23,390 nt of DNA, from NCBI GenBank assembly GCA_033762295.1, contig JANRLW010000124.1:1-23390 (forward strand). The letters are read 5' to 3'. Shown piece by piece: positions 1 to 7,815 of the stretch (positions are counted from its first letter, which is position 1; the number at the start of each line of letters is the position of its first letter). The DNA comes from Capsulimonadales bacterium (GTDB taxonomy: Bacteria; Armatimonadota; Armatimonadia; Armatimonadales; Armatimonadaceae). Both the position numbers and the translations under genes were made by a program. The notes below the pieces were generated by a model. It was given only the letters and a program-made list of their open reading frames with translations. It had not been told where the DNA came from and searched no databases.

Positions 1-433
1 AGCCGAAGGCGCTGCTACCCTGTGTGGAACTGCGCAACACCAGCCAGTACTTGCGGTTGGGTTCGATTCGGGAGGCGCCGGTCCCGGTCAGCACGTTGGC
101 GTAAACCGAGTGAGCCCCATAGGCCCGTGTGCGACTGACAAAGCCGGAAAGGTTCTGACCGGGGTGTCCGGCGACATCGTCATAGACGGCCAGCTGGATG
201 TCACCGGGAGTCGCCGAGTTGACCCGGATGGTCACATCGGCCTTTGACGCTCCGGTCGGGCCGGCAACGAAGGACTGGGCCAGATAATTTCCGGTCCCGA
301 GAGAAAGAAAGCCGGCGGAAGACCCATTCCACGCGGCAAAGTTATCGATCAGTGCCTGGGCACGTGCCTGGCTAAGCGGTGCGGCGAGGATTGCGGCACA
401 GGACAACGAACAGACAAACCAATTTCTCAACAT
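1..433 (-). CDS. Partial (runs off window start) secreted protein, possibly a PEP-CTERM/choice-of-anchor-type surface protein
   Basis: Not in the ORF track. ATG at 433 with GGAGA RBS about 7 nt upstream, frame open to position 1: MLRNWFVCSLSCAAILAAPLSQARA|QALIDNF...YLAQSFVAG...IQLAVYDD...KYWLVLRS. Signal peptide with A-x-A site, followed by beta-rich sequence. Confidence 0.75.
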   Translation of the reverse strand, partial: MLRNWFVCSLSCAAILAAPLSQARAQALIDNFAAWNGSSAGFLSLGTGNYLAQSFVAGPTGASKADVTIRVNSATPGDIQLAVYDDVAGHPGQNLSGFVSRTRAYGAHSVYANVLTGTGASRIEPNRKYWLVLRSSTQGSSAFG

Positions 434-620
434 AAATCTGTCTCCAATCTCCTGGGCGCATTATATTACGTTTCAACCAGACATTAAATGGTAGAAATCC
501 CGGTTCCTTACGGTCAACTTTGCCGGTTTCACAAGGGAATTCCATCGTTTGAATAAAACAGGTAGTTTTTCAGGCAACCGTGGGGAGGAAGTACCTGCCG
601 TGTTATCCAAATCGGATGGT

Positions 621-1124
621 ATGGAAACAAAATCAGATACTTCCGTATTTATTTCCGTTAGTGAAGCGGCACAACAACTGGGGGTGAATCTCCCCCGTCT
701 CCTCCGTTACCTGAGGCGCGAACCCTTTGTGGCCTACCTCCGAAAGGAAGACCGCAAAACCCGAACGGGAATGCGGACAGTCACTCTGGTGAGCGTTAGT
801 ATTCTTTCCGAGCTTAAGCGGGCATTACGAGAGGAGAATCCTCAACAAAAACAGAAACAATTCGTCGCTTCTACGGAACCTGTTTCCCCCCCGGTTGAGG
901 ACCCACGGGTGCCATTGCTCGAAGCGTTGATCCGGGAGCAGCGAGCCAGGATCAGCGACCTTCAGGAGGAGAAAGTTCGTTTGCTTCAGGAGCGAGAAAC
1001 ACTTCGACAGTATACGGAACTGTTAGTCTTGGAACGCGACAGACGTTCGGCCACCACCGAAACCGCGACCAGAACCGGCGGTGGCGGCGGGGTACTGTCC
1101 CGCCTTCGCTGGCCGAGGCCCTGA
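621..1124 (+). CDS. Helix-turn-helix DNA-binding protein with C-terminal coiled coil
   Basis: N-terminal SVSEAAQQLGVNLPRLLRYL (MerR/excisionase-like HTH), heptad-rich LLEALIREQRARISDLQEEKVRLLQERETLRQ, amphipathic tail GVLSRLRW. ATG 621 preferred over TTG 549, but the start is uncertain. Confidence 0.7.
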   Translation: METKSDTSVFISVSEAAQQLGVNLPRLLRYLRREPFVAYLRKEDRKTRTGMRTVTLVSVSILSELKRALREENPQQKQKQFVASTEPVSPPVEDPRVPLLEALIREQRARISDLQEEKVRLLQERETLRQYTELLVLERDRRSATTETATRTGGGGGVLSRLRWPRP

Positions 1125-1188
1125 GGCGAAAGGTTCCCAGTGCCCCGAGGAAGGAATTCCGTTCTTACTCACGGAAAGATGCATTACC

Positions 1189-2211
1189 GTGAGTATACTG
1201 CAACGCTCTCCCCGGAAAACAGGGAGAAATGACGACACGCCCGAGTGGGCCGACGCCGCTCTGCGTCTTCTGCTCGCCGATCAACGCAGCGAAGAGACGA
1301 GACGCGCCTACCGGCGCGATATCGACGCCTTCTTTACCTGGGCCGGCGAACCGCGCACCCCGGAGACCATTGCGTGGCTTTGCACCCGCGACCACTCGGA
1401 ACTGGCCGCGCTGCTCAACGGCTACAAAGCGTCCCTGCTCGAACGCCACCTGGCGCCGGCTACCGTGAACCGCCGACTCGCGGCCCTCCGATCCCTTCTC
1501 CGTTTTGCGCGTCGTCTCGGCGCGCCCTGTCCCGACCCCGCCGGGCTGGTCGCTTCGGAACGGCAGGCCGCCTACCGGGACACCGCCGGTCCCCCGTTCG
1601 CCGCCCTCGCCCGACTTCTGGAAGCCGTCGATACGTCGGACACGATCGGGAAACGGGACCGTGCCATCCTGCGCCTTTTCGCCGAGAATGCCCTGCGGCG
1701 TGGCGAGATCTGTCGGTGCGATGTCCGGGATTTCGAGCCCGAGGCTCGACGCCTGCTGATCCGGGGCAAGGGGCAGGCAGGCCAGCGGGTTCCGATCACG
1801 CTGTCGACGGCGACCGTCGCGGCGATTTGTGACTATCTGGAAGCACGCCCCTCGCCTGACGACCCGTCCGCCGAAGGCACGCCGCTTTTTCTTTCCCACA
1901 GTCGGGGCGCAACGGCGTCGGAAGGGAGACTCACCGGAAACGGAATCTGGCGAATCGTCGACGGCTACACCCGTGCCGTTCTGGGCCGGCATTTCGGCTG
2001 CCATGCGCTACGCCACGCCAGCATCACCGCCGCCCTCGATGCCACCGAGGGCAACCTGCGGGCCGTCCAGCGACTGAGCCGTCATGCCGACATCCGGACG
2101 GTGGCCCGGTACGACGATAACCGGCGCGATATGCAGGGGGAGTTGACCGACACTCTCTCCGAGCTGCTCCGTCGCCCGCCGGAGCGAAATTCCGGAGAAT
2201 CCGGGGAATAG
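1189..2211 (+). CDS. Tyrosine-type recombinase/integrase (XerC/XerD-like)
   Basis: N-terminal SAM-like domain (SEETRRAYRRD; APATVNRRLAALRSL) and full catalytic set R (ALRRGE), K (RGKG), HxxR (HALRH), H (SRHAD), Y (RYDD). GTG 1189 chosen to avoid overlap with the upstream gene. Confidence 0.93.
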   Translation: MSILQRSPRKTGRNDDTPEWADAALRLLLADQRSEETRRAYRRDIDAFFTWAGEPRTPETIAWLCTRDHSELAALLNGYKASLLERHLAPATVNRRLAALRSLLRFARRLGAPCPDPAGLVASERQAAYRDTAGPPFAALARLLEAVDTSDTIGKRDRAILRLFAENALRRGEICRCDVRDFEPEARRLLIRGKGQAGQRVPITLSTATVAAICDYLEARPSPDDPSAEGTPLFLSHSRGATASEGRLTGNGIWRIVDGYTRAVLGRHFGCHALRHASITAALDATEGNLRAVQRLSRHADIRTVARYDDNRRDMQGELTDTLSELLRRPPERNSGESGE

Positions 2212-2314
2212 GAATCGAAAACCCGGAGGGACGTCGGAGCCGTCGTTGAGGGAGGATTGATCGCCCGTCGCAGGGAAACTTTTTCCACCGCCGAACCCGA
2301 GCAGGAGGATTATT

Positions 2315-2656
2315 ATGGAAAAACTAAACCGAAGTCCGGTCGAACTTATCGGCGATATCTGTCTGATCGCGTTTCTTCTTCCCAGTGCGATGAAACCTTT
2401 TGAAGGAGGCGTCGGCCAGTTGATCGCGTTCGGACAGGTGTCGCCCTGGTGCGCCCTCGCCATTGACCCGCCCCCGCTTTCCGGCGTTCAGCCCGGTTTA
2501 CACTTCGAATTCGGTCTCTCCTGGTTCTTTCTCCTCATCTTCCTCGTAACGCGATTTGTCGCCAAGCGAGAGACGGACTACGTCCGTGATTATTTCGAAA
2601 CGACCCGGCAAGCCCGGAATTTCCGCCGTAACGTACGTCAACGACGGCGGAAATAG
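2315..2656 (+). CDS. Hypothetical membrane protein
   Basis: AGGAGGA RBS before the ATG, hydrophobic segments (FGLSWFFLLIFLV), basic C-terminus, terminator directly downstream. Confidence 0.65.
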   Translation: MEKLNRSPVELIGDICLIAFLLPSAMKPFEGGVGQLIAFGQVSPWCALAIDPPPLSGVQPGLHFEFGLSWFFLLIFLVTRFVAKRETDYVRDYFETTRQARNFRRNVRQRRRK

Positions 2657-2666
2657 TCCGGAAAAG

Positions 2667-2701
2667 AAAAAAGCGCGAACCATATTCGGTCCGCGCTTTT
2701 T
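2667..2701. terminator. Bidirectional intrinsic terminator
   Basis: AAAAAAGCGCG-AACC-ATATTC-GGTC-CGCGCTTTTT between convergent genes ending at 2656 (+) and 2717 (-). Confidence 0.85.
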
Positions 2702-2716
2702 GAGAATTTTTTCGAT

Positions 2717-2998
2717 TTACCGGGCGGCGTTGTTTTCCGCATCCCGCCGGGAAACCCTGCCCATATGCCGTTCCTTGGCAAGGATTTCCTGTCGAAGTTT
2801 TTCCGCACTGGCGCTGTGGGGCTTTCGCTGATCCGGGTCGCGCCGCGCCTGTGCCTCCGGTGAATTGAAGTTCTTCAGCGCCGCACTGGCATCCATTCCG
2901 GGTTTGATGAACAGAAAGAACGCCAGTACCAGAAGGACGACGATCACGACCGGCAGGAGGAGAATCGGATTGATTTCCTTCGTTTTCAGTTGGTCCAT
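2717..2998 (-). CDS. Small single-pass membrane protein downstream of the prepilin gene
   Basis: 93 aa with an N-terminal TM (INPILLLPVVIVVLLVLAFFLFI); 36 nt after the prepilin stop, same strand. Confidence 0.75.
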   Translation of the reverse strand: MDQLKTKEINPILLLPVVIVVLLVLAFFLFIKPGMDASAALKNFNSPEAQARRDPDQRKPHSASAEKLRQEILAKERHMGRVSRRDAENNAAR

Positions 2999-3034
2999 TA
3001 TCTTGGTTCCCTGTTCCTCTGCCCGGTTTCTCGA

Positions 3035-3904
3035 TTATTCGACGCCCTGCGGAACGCCTTCGAGGCTCCACATCTCGCCCTTGATGGCGGACGGACGCAT
3101 CCACTTGGCATGACCGTCGAGGAAGCCGAGGTTCATGCCGTTGGAATAGCGATGCGGTTCCTTGATGATCGTGCTGTTGTCCACCTGGCTGCCGCCGGTC
3201 AGGAACAGCTGGCCGATCGATTCGGAACCGTCGACCTGAAGTTCGTTCGCGTCGGTCACATCCGCGCCGGTCAGTCCCTGGTAGAACGCCAGCATGCCGG
3301 CCCAGGTATTGAAGCCTTCCTGGTAGACGGTCGTATTGGAGTTGTGGAACCAGATGGTGTTCGCCGGGGTCTGGGCTTCCGCCATGCTCACCGAACGCTG
3401 CTCGGGGCGAACGACGGGCAAACCGCTGCTGCATCGACCGTCGTTCCAGTTGCCCGGAGGAGTGCCGCCACCGGTATTGTCGGTCGCGTTGTACGCCTGC
3501 GGGTAGTCGTCGTTCGAGGAGTTGACGTTGATCGAGAAGCCGTAGAACGGCCAGTCGGCGCGGTTCGGGCTGGTGAACAGCTGGGTGTTCTTGACGTACG
3601 GATAGATCACTTCCGGCCACACCCGCCAGTTGCGGCTCCAGATCGGGCCGCCGAACGGTCGGGCTTCGTCCGCGCCAAACTGAGCCTGTCCGCAGGTTCG
3701 GAACGCCGGGGACGGCAGCACTTCGTCATAATCCTGCACGTACATCATTGCGCCGAGAACGATCTGCTTCATGTTGGACAGGTCGGTCGTCTGGCGAGCC
3801 TTGTCACGGGCCTTCGCGAACACCGGGAACAGGATGGCGGCGAGAATGGCGATGATAGCGATAACAACGAGAAGTTCGATCAGAGTAAACGCTTTGCGGT
3901 TCAT
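3035..3904 (-). CDS. Prepilin-type N-terminal cleavage/methylation domain protein (DUF1559/H-X9-DG-like), copy 1
   Basis: [49 protein letters not shown]-terminal NGMNLGFLDGHAKW; AAGGAG RBS at 3913-3918. Confidence 0.93.
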   Translation of the reverse strand: MNRKAFTLIELLVVIAIIAILAAILFPVFAKARDKARQTTDLSNMKQIVLGAMMYVQDYDEVLPSPAFRTCGQAQFGADEARPFGGPIWSRNWRVWPEVIYPYVKNTQLFTSPNRADWPFYGFSINVNSSNDDYPQAYNATDNTGGGTPPGNWNDGRCSSGLPVVRPEQRSVSMAEAQTPANTIWFHNSNTTVYQEGFNTWAGMLAFYQGLTGADVTDANELQVDGSESIGQLFLTGGSQVDNSTIIKEPHRYSNGMNLGFLDGHAKWMRPSAIKGEMWSLEGVPQGVE

Positions 3905-4043
3905 TTGAACGGCTCCTTGACCTCGGAGTCAGGCGACCCCCGAAGGGTCGCGATGCAGCAAAATGGCGACAATGCCTTACGACGAACACCTGCGGGCAAC
4001 CAAAGGTTCGGAGGTACAAAATACTTCTCCCCGCATCACGGAT

Positions 4044-4073
4044 AGTTTAACACAGTGAAATGAAAAAAATCAA
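4044..4073 (-). promoter_or_regulatory. Putative sigma70-type promoter for prepilin copy 1
   Basis: Minus strand TTGATT (4073-4068)-N18-TAAACT (4049-4044) with an extended -10 TG. Confidence 0.5.
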
Positions 4074-4103
4074 GAATCCGGAACCAATTTTACCGAAAGC
4101 TGT

Positions 4104-5492
4104 TTACCAGCCGTACCGTTCCGGACCCCACGGACCACGCTGCAACTCCTGGCGCACGGTGACGATCTGCCGGCTCGGAACATCCTCGTACACGACCACA
4201 CCCGCCCCGACGCAGGAGTGGTTCCCGATCCGCTTCCCCGGCATGATGATCGCGTTGACTCCCGTCCGGCTGTAATCGCCGATATAGGACGCATTGGAGC
4301 CGTGCTTCGGCGTTTCCCGGCGTCCGTTGACGATATGCGACGTCTCCCGGTCGTCGAAACGAAGCGTCCCGCAGACCGTCGCCGCGCCGATATCGACACT
4401 GCTGCCCAGGATGCCCGACATCTCGCAGTAGTGGTACAGGTATACATTGTCAAACGCCACCCCGGAAAACTCGGAACCGTGCCCGTAGATTCCCCGGTCG
4501 CCACACACCGTTCCCCCTTCCAGCAGCGCATAGTCCCGCACCTTGACGTCTCTCCCCAAAAAAATATCCCCCTGAAGAATCGGTCCGTTGGTAATTCCGG
4601 TATGGTCGCCTGCGAAAAGCGTCCCGGAAATGACCGTCCGGTTGCCGATGACCGTATTCTCGCCCAGAATCAGCCGTCCACCGATCTCCGCCCCGTCCGA
4701 AATGCGACAGGAGGCCGGAATGATGTCCCGATCGGTTCGGGCGACCCGGTAGGCGAGGGCGTGGCGGTTGGCTTCCAGCAGATGCCAGGGACGGTCCAGA
4801 TCGACGAAGAACTCGACGCATTCCACACCGGCGATCTCCGCCCCCTCCTCCAGCAACATCTGCAGCGATTCGCCGATATCCGATTCCGACGGCGGCATTC
4901 CCCCGACCGGAACGTGCCGGAAGATTCCCGGATTGTCCCGCAACGCCGAAACCGTCCGGCCCGAAAAGACGAACGCGCCGCAAAGTCGACGGACATCGTC
5001 CCGGGAATGCCCCTCCACCTCGACCAGTCGACCGTCACGCACCTTGACACCGATCACATCGCGCCCGTCCTCGAAACCGAGTTCGGCGGTCAGTACGGCG
5101 ACGTCCGGGCGTTCCCGCTCGAAACGCTCGATCAACGCCGCCAGATTCTCTCTCGCCGTCACCATGTCGCCGTAGACGACCAGCCAGTCCTCCGCCGCCG
5201 GGTCGCCGCTCATCGCGGACAGGGCGGTCCAGGCTGCCGCCGCCGTTCCCGCCGTGCGTGGCACGTCGACAAAGCGCAGACGAGCGTCCGGCAGACCGCG
5301 CAGGGCGTTCCGCACCGAGCCGGGGTGTTCGCCCAACCCGACCGCGAGTCCTTCGAGTCCCAGCGCCAGAAGATCCTCGGCCAGAAGGCGAACGGCCGGC
5401 GTGTTCAGCACGGGAAGAGCGCATTTCTGACGGAGTTCGGAATAGGGCCACATCTTTCGCCCGGTTCCGCCCGCAAGGAGCAAGGCTTTCAT
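4104..5492 (-). CDS. Sugar-phosphate nucleotidyltransferase with C-terminal hexapeptide-repeat (LbH) acyltransferase-like domain (GlmU-like)
   Basis: MKALLLAGGTGRKMWPY...QKCALPV nucleotidyltransferase start, VVYGD, DLDRPWHLLEAN, LbH repeats (IGAATVCGTLRFDD, IGDYSRTGVNAIIMPGKRIG). True start ATG 5492; the track's extension overlaps the ABC gene. Confidence 0.88.
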   Translation of the reverse strand: MKALLLAGGTGRKMWPYSELRQKCALPVLNTPAVRLLAEDLLALGLEGLAVGLGEHPGSVRNALRGLPDARLRFVDVPRTAGTAAAAWTALSAMSGDPAAEDWLVVYGDMVTARENLAALIERFERERPDVAVLTAELGFEDGRDVIGVKVRDGRLVEVEGHSRDDVRRLCGAFVFSGRTVSALRDNPGIFRHVPVGGMPPSESDIGESLQMLLEEGAEIAGVECVEFFVDLDRPWHLLEANRHALAYRVARTDRDIIPASCRISDGAEIGGRLILGENTVIGNRTVISGTLFAGDHTGITNGPILQGDIFLGRDVKVRDYALLEGGTVCGDRGIYGHGSEFSGVAFDNVYLYHYCEMSGILGSSVDIGAATVCGTLRFDDRETSHIVNGRRETPKHGSNASYIGDYSRTGVNAIIMPGKRIGNHSCVGAGVVVYEDVPSRQIVTVRQELQRGPWGPERYGW

Positions 5493-5548
5493 ACCGCCTG
5501 TTTCCGTACCGGGCGGACGTTTCCCTCCCACGCGCCGCCCCTGCCCTC

Positions 5549-5577
5549 TTGACAGACAGCGGGAAACCCCGTATTCT
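5549..5577 (+). promoter_or_regulatory. Putative sigma70-type promoter for the ABC transporter operon
   Basis: TTGACA (5549-5554)-N17-TATTCT (5572-5577), about 30 nt before the start codon. Confidence 0.65.
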
Positions 5578-5606
5578 TCCAACATCGCTCGGTTCCGGTG
5601 TTTTCC

Positions 5607-6944
5607 ATGCCGCCACTGGTTCGTCTCGTCCGCTTCCCGTTCGTCTTTCTGCTGACCGCGTTTCTGGCGGTCCCGTTCGGCTGTACCCCCACGCCGAAGA
5701 CCGACAACGGAAAAGTGCGTCTTCGCGTCTGGAGCATGTGGGGCGGCGACGAGGAGAAGGTCTTCCGGCGGGTTCTGGACGAGTACAACCGGACACACCC
5801 GCACGTCTACCTGGAAAATCTCGGGTCGGTGGACGACAACAAGACGGTTCGCGCCCTCGTCGCGGGCGCTCCCCCCGACCTGTTTACCATCGCCGACCCG
5901 TCCAATCTTGGCGCGCTGGCCGCCAACGACGCCTTGCTGCCCCTCGATGATCTCTTCCGCGACTCGGGCCTTTCGACCGACGCCTTTACCCGCGCCTCGC
6001 TCAGCCAGTGCCGATTCCGGGGCAAGCTCTACGCCATGCCGTATCTGGTCGACTGCATCGTCCTTCTCTACAACAAGCAGTCGTTCCGCGACGCCGGGCT
6101 GGACCCGGAACGACCGCCGCGCACCCTCGAGGAGATGGTCGAGTACTGCCGGAAATTAACGGTTCGCGGACCGGACGGCCGCCTGAAACGGATCGGACTG
6201 CGGCCACCGGAAGCGATCAATCTGCTGGCGATCTACGGAGGACGGTATTTCGACCCGGAGACGGGAACGATCACCGCCACCGATCCCCGTCACATCGAAG
6301 CCGTCGCCATGTATCAACGGCTGATGGAGGCGCAGGGAGGGAACGAAGCCGTCGAATCGTTCGCGCAGTCCTTCGCCAATCAGCAGGGAAGTTACAATCC
6401 GTTCTACCTCGGGCAGGTGGCGATGACCTTCAACGGCCAGTGGAACACCTGGTGGATCCAAAAGTACAAACCCGACGTCGAATACGGCATCGCTCCGCTC
6501 CCCTATCCGGAAAAATATCCGGAACGGGCCGGGACCGTTTGGCTCGGAGGCAATCTGTTCTGCATCCCGAAAGAGGGACGGCACGTCCGGGAGGCCTGGG
6601 AGTTCCTGCGCTGGACCCAGACCCCGGAAGCCCAGCATCTCTTCGCCGACACGATCCATGGCGTTCCGAATATTCGCGCTTCGCTGGCGGACCGTTCCCT
6701 CCGGACCGGAGAACCCTGGCGTGAGCAGTTCGGAAAATTCATGGACCTTTCGGACAGCCCGAACGCCACGCACTTTCCGCCGATGCCGGTCGCGATGCTG
6801 TACCTGAATGAGATCACCAACGCGGTCGACGCCGTTCGATACGGGCGCAAGACGCCGGAAGGGGCGATGCGATCGGTCGGAACCAGAGTCCGGAAAGAGA
6901 TGGACCGCTACCGGACCGACGGCCCGAAGGAGGTAACGCGATGA
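5607..6944 (+). CDS. Carbohydrate ABC transporter substrate-binding lipoprotein (SBP family 1)
   Basis: Lipobox-like LAVPFG|C, GAPPDL, GKLYAMP, LLYNK, FYLGQVAM, AWEFLRW. Start could be GTG 5598. Confidence 0.92.
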   Translation: MPPLVRLVRFPFVFLLTAFLAVPFGCTPTPKTDNGKVRLRVWSMWGGDEEKVFRRVLDEYNRTHPHVYLENLGSVDDNKTVRALVAGAPPDLFTIADPSNLGALAANDALLPLDDLFRDSGLSTDAFTRASLSQCRFRGKLYAMPYLVDCIVLLYNKQSFRDAGLDPERPPRTLEEMVEYCRKLTVRGPDGRLKRIGLRPPEAINLLAIYGGRYFDPETGTITATDPRHIEAVAMYQRLMEAQGGNEAVESFAQSFANQQGSYNPFYLGQVAMTFNGQWNTWWIQKYKPDVEYGIAPLPYPEKYPERAGTVWLGGNLFCIPKEGRHVREAWEFLRWTQTPEAQHLFADTIHGVPNIRASLADRSLRTGEPWREQFGKFMDLSDSPNATHFPPMPVAMLYLNEITNAVDAVRYGRKTPEGAMRSVGTRVRKEMDRYRTDGPKEVTR

Positions 6945-7813
6945 AACGGGAGATGCGCCTGGGCCTGCTGTTCGTCGCTCCCTGGCTGATCGGGTTTCTG
7001 CTGTTTACGGTCTACCCGGTGCTGGCCACCCTCTACCTCTCCTTCACCGATTACCGGGTTCTTGCCCCGCCCCGCTGGATCGGATGGGACAATTATCGGG
7101 AACTGCTCGCCGACACCGAAACCTTCTGGCCGTCGCTGTTCAACACCCTCTACCTTTTCCTCGAACTGCCCGCCGCCCTGATCCTCGGCATTCTGATCGC
7201 CCTCCTGCTGGACCGGAACCTGCGGGGAATGGCCTGGTATCGGACCGTCTTTTATCTGCCGTCGATCGTTCCGGTTCTGGCCAATGCCATGCTCTGGCTC
7301 TGGCTGCTCAACCCGGAGTACGGTCTGATCAACTCCGGATTGCGGGCGCTGCATCTGCCCGCTCCTGCCTGGCTCGCCTCCCCGATCTGGTCGAAACCTG
7401 CCCTCATTCTGATGGACCTCTGGGCCGTCGGAGGTAGTATGATCATCTATCTGGCGGCGCTACAGGGCGTTCCCTCCTCACTCTATGAGGCGGCGTCGCT
7501 CGACGGCGCGAGCGGATTCGCCAAATTCGTCAACGTCACCCTGCCCGGAATCTCGCCGGTGATCTTTTTTAACCTGATCATGGGGGTGATCGGCACGTTT
7601 CAATACTTCACCCAGACCTTCGTCATGACCAGAGGCGGCCCGGACAAATCGACGCTGTTTTATGCGCTCTACCTGTATCAGAACGCCTTTCAATATTTCC
7701 GAATGGGAACGGCCTGTGCGATGGCCTGGCTGCTGTTCCTGTTGACCCTGGCCGCCACCCTGTTCGTCTTCACTTCGTCCGCGCGGTGGGTCTATTACGA
7801 AGGGGAGAAGTAA
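6941..7813 (+). CDS. Carbohydrate ABC transporter permease
   Basis: Multiple TM helices, EAA loop LYEAASLDGAS, AAGGAGG RBS, 4-nt overlap with the upstream gene. Confidence 0.95.
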   Translation: MKREMRLGLLFVAPWLIGFLLFTVYPVLATLYLSFTDYRVLAPPRWIGWDNYRELLADTETFWPSLFNTLYLFLELPAALILGILIALLLDRNLRGMAWYRTVFYLPSIVPVLANAMLWLWLLNPEYGLINSGLRALHLPAPAWLASPIWSKPALILMDLWAVGGSMIIYLAALQGVPSSLYEAASLDGASGFAKFVNVTLPGISPVIFFNLIMGVIGTFQYFTQTFVMTRGGPDKSTLFYALYLYQNAFQYFRMGTACAMAWLLFLLTLAATLFVFTSSARWVYYEGEK

Positions 7814-7815
7814 CC

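Noticed and set aside
59..73. GGGTTCGATTC resembling a tRNA T-loop (possible att remnant near the integrase)
   Set aside because: The flanks do not form a T-stem, there is no acceptor stem or CCA, and it lies inside a coding region.
453..476. dif-like sequence TGGGCGCATTA-TA-TTACGTTTCAA near the recombinase
   Set aside because: The arm resemblance is partial and the spacer is 2 nt rather than 6; it is better explained as a -10 promoter region.
1081..1188. N-terminal extension of the recombinase ORF
   Set aside because: It overlaps the HTH gene and has no domain-like content; a later start fits better.
2535..5552. Long alternative ORFs 2535-3620, 2990-4045 and 4218-5552
   Set aside because: Shadow frames of well-supported genes in GC-rich DNA, with no motifs.
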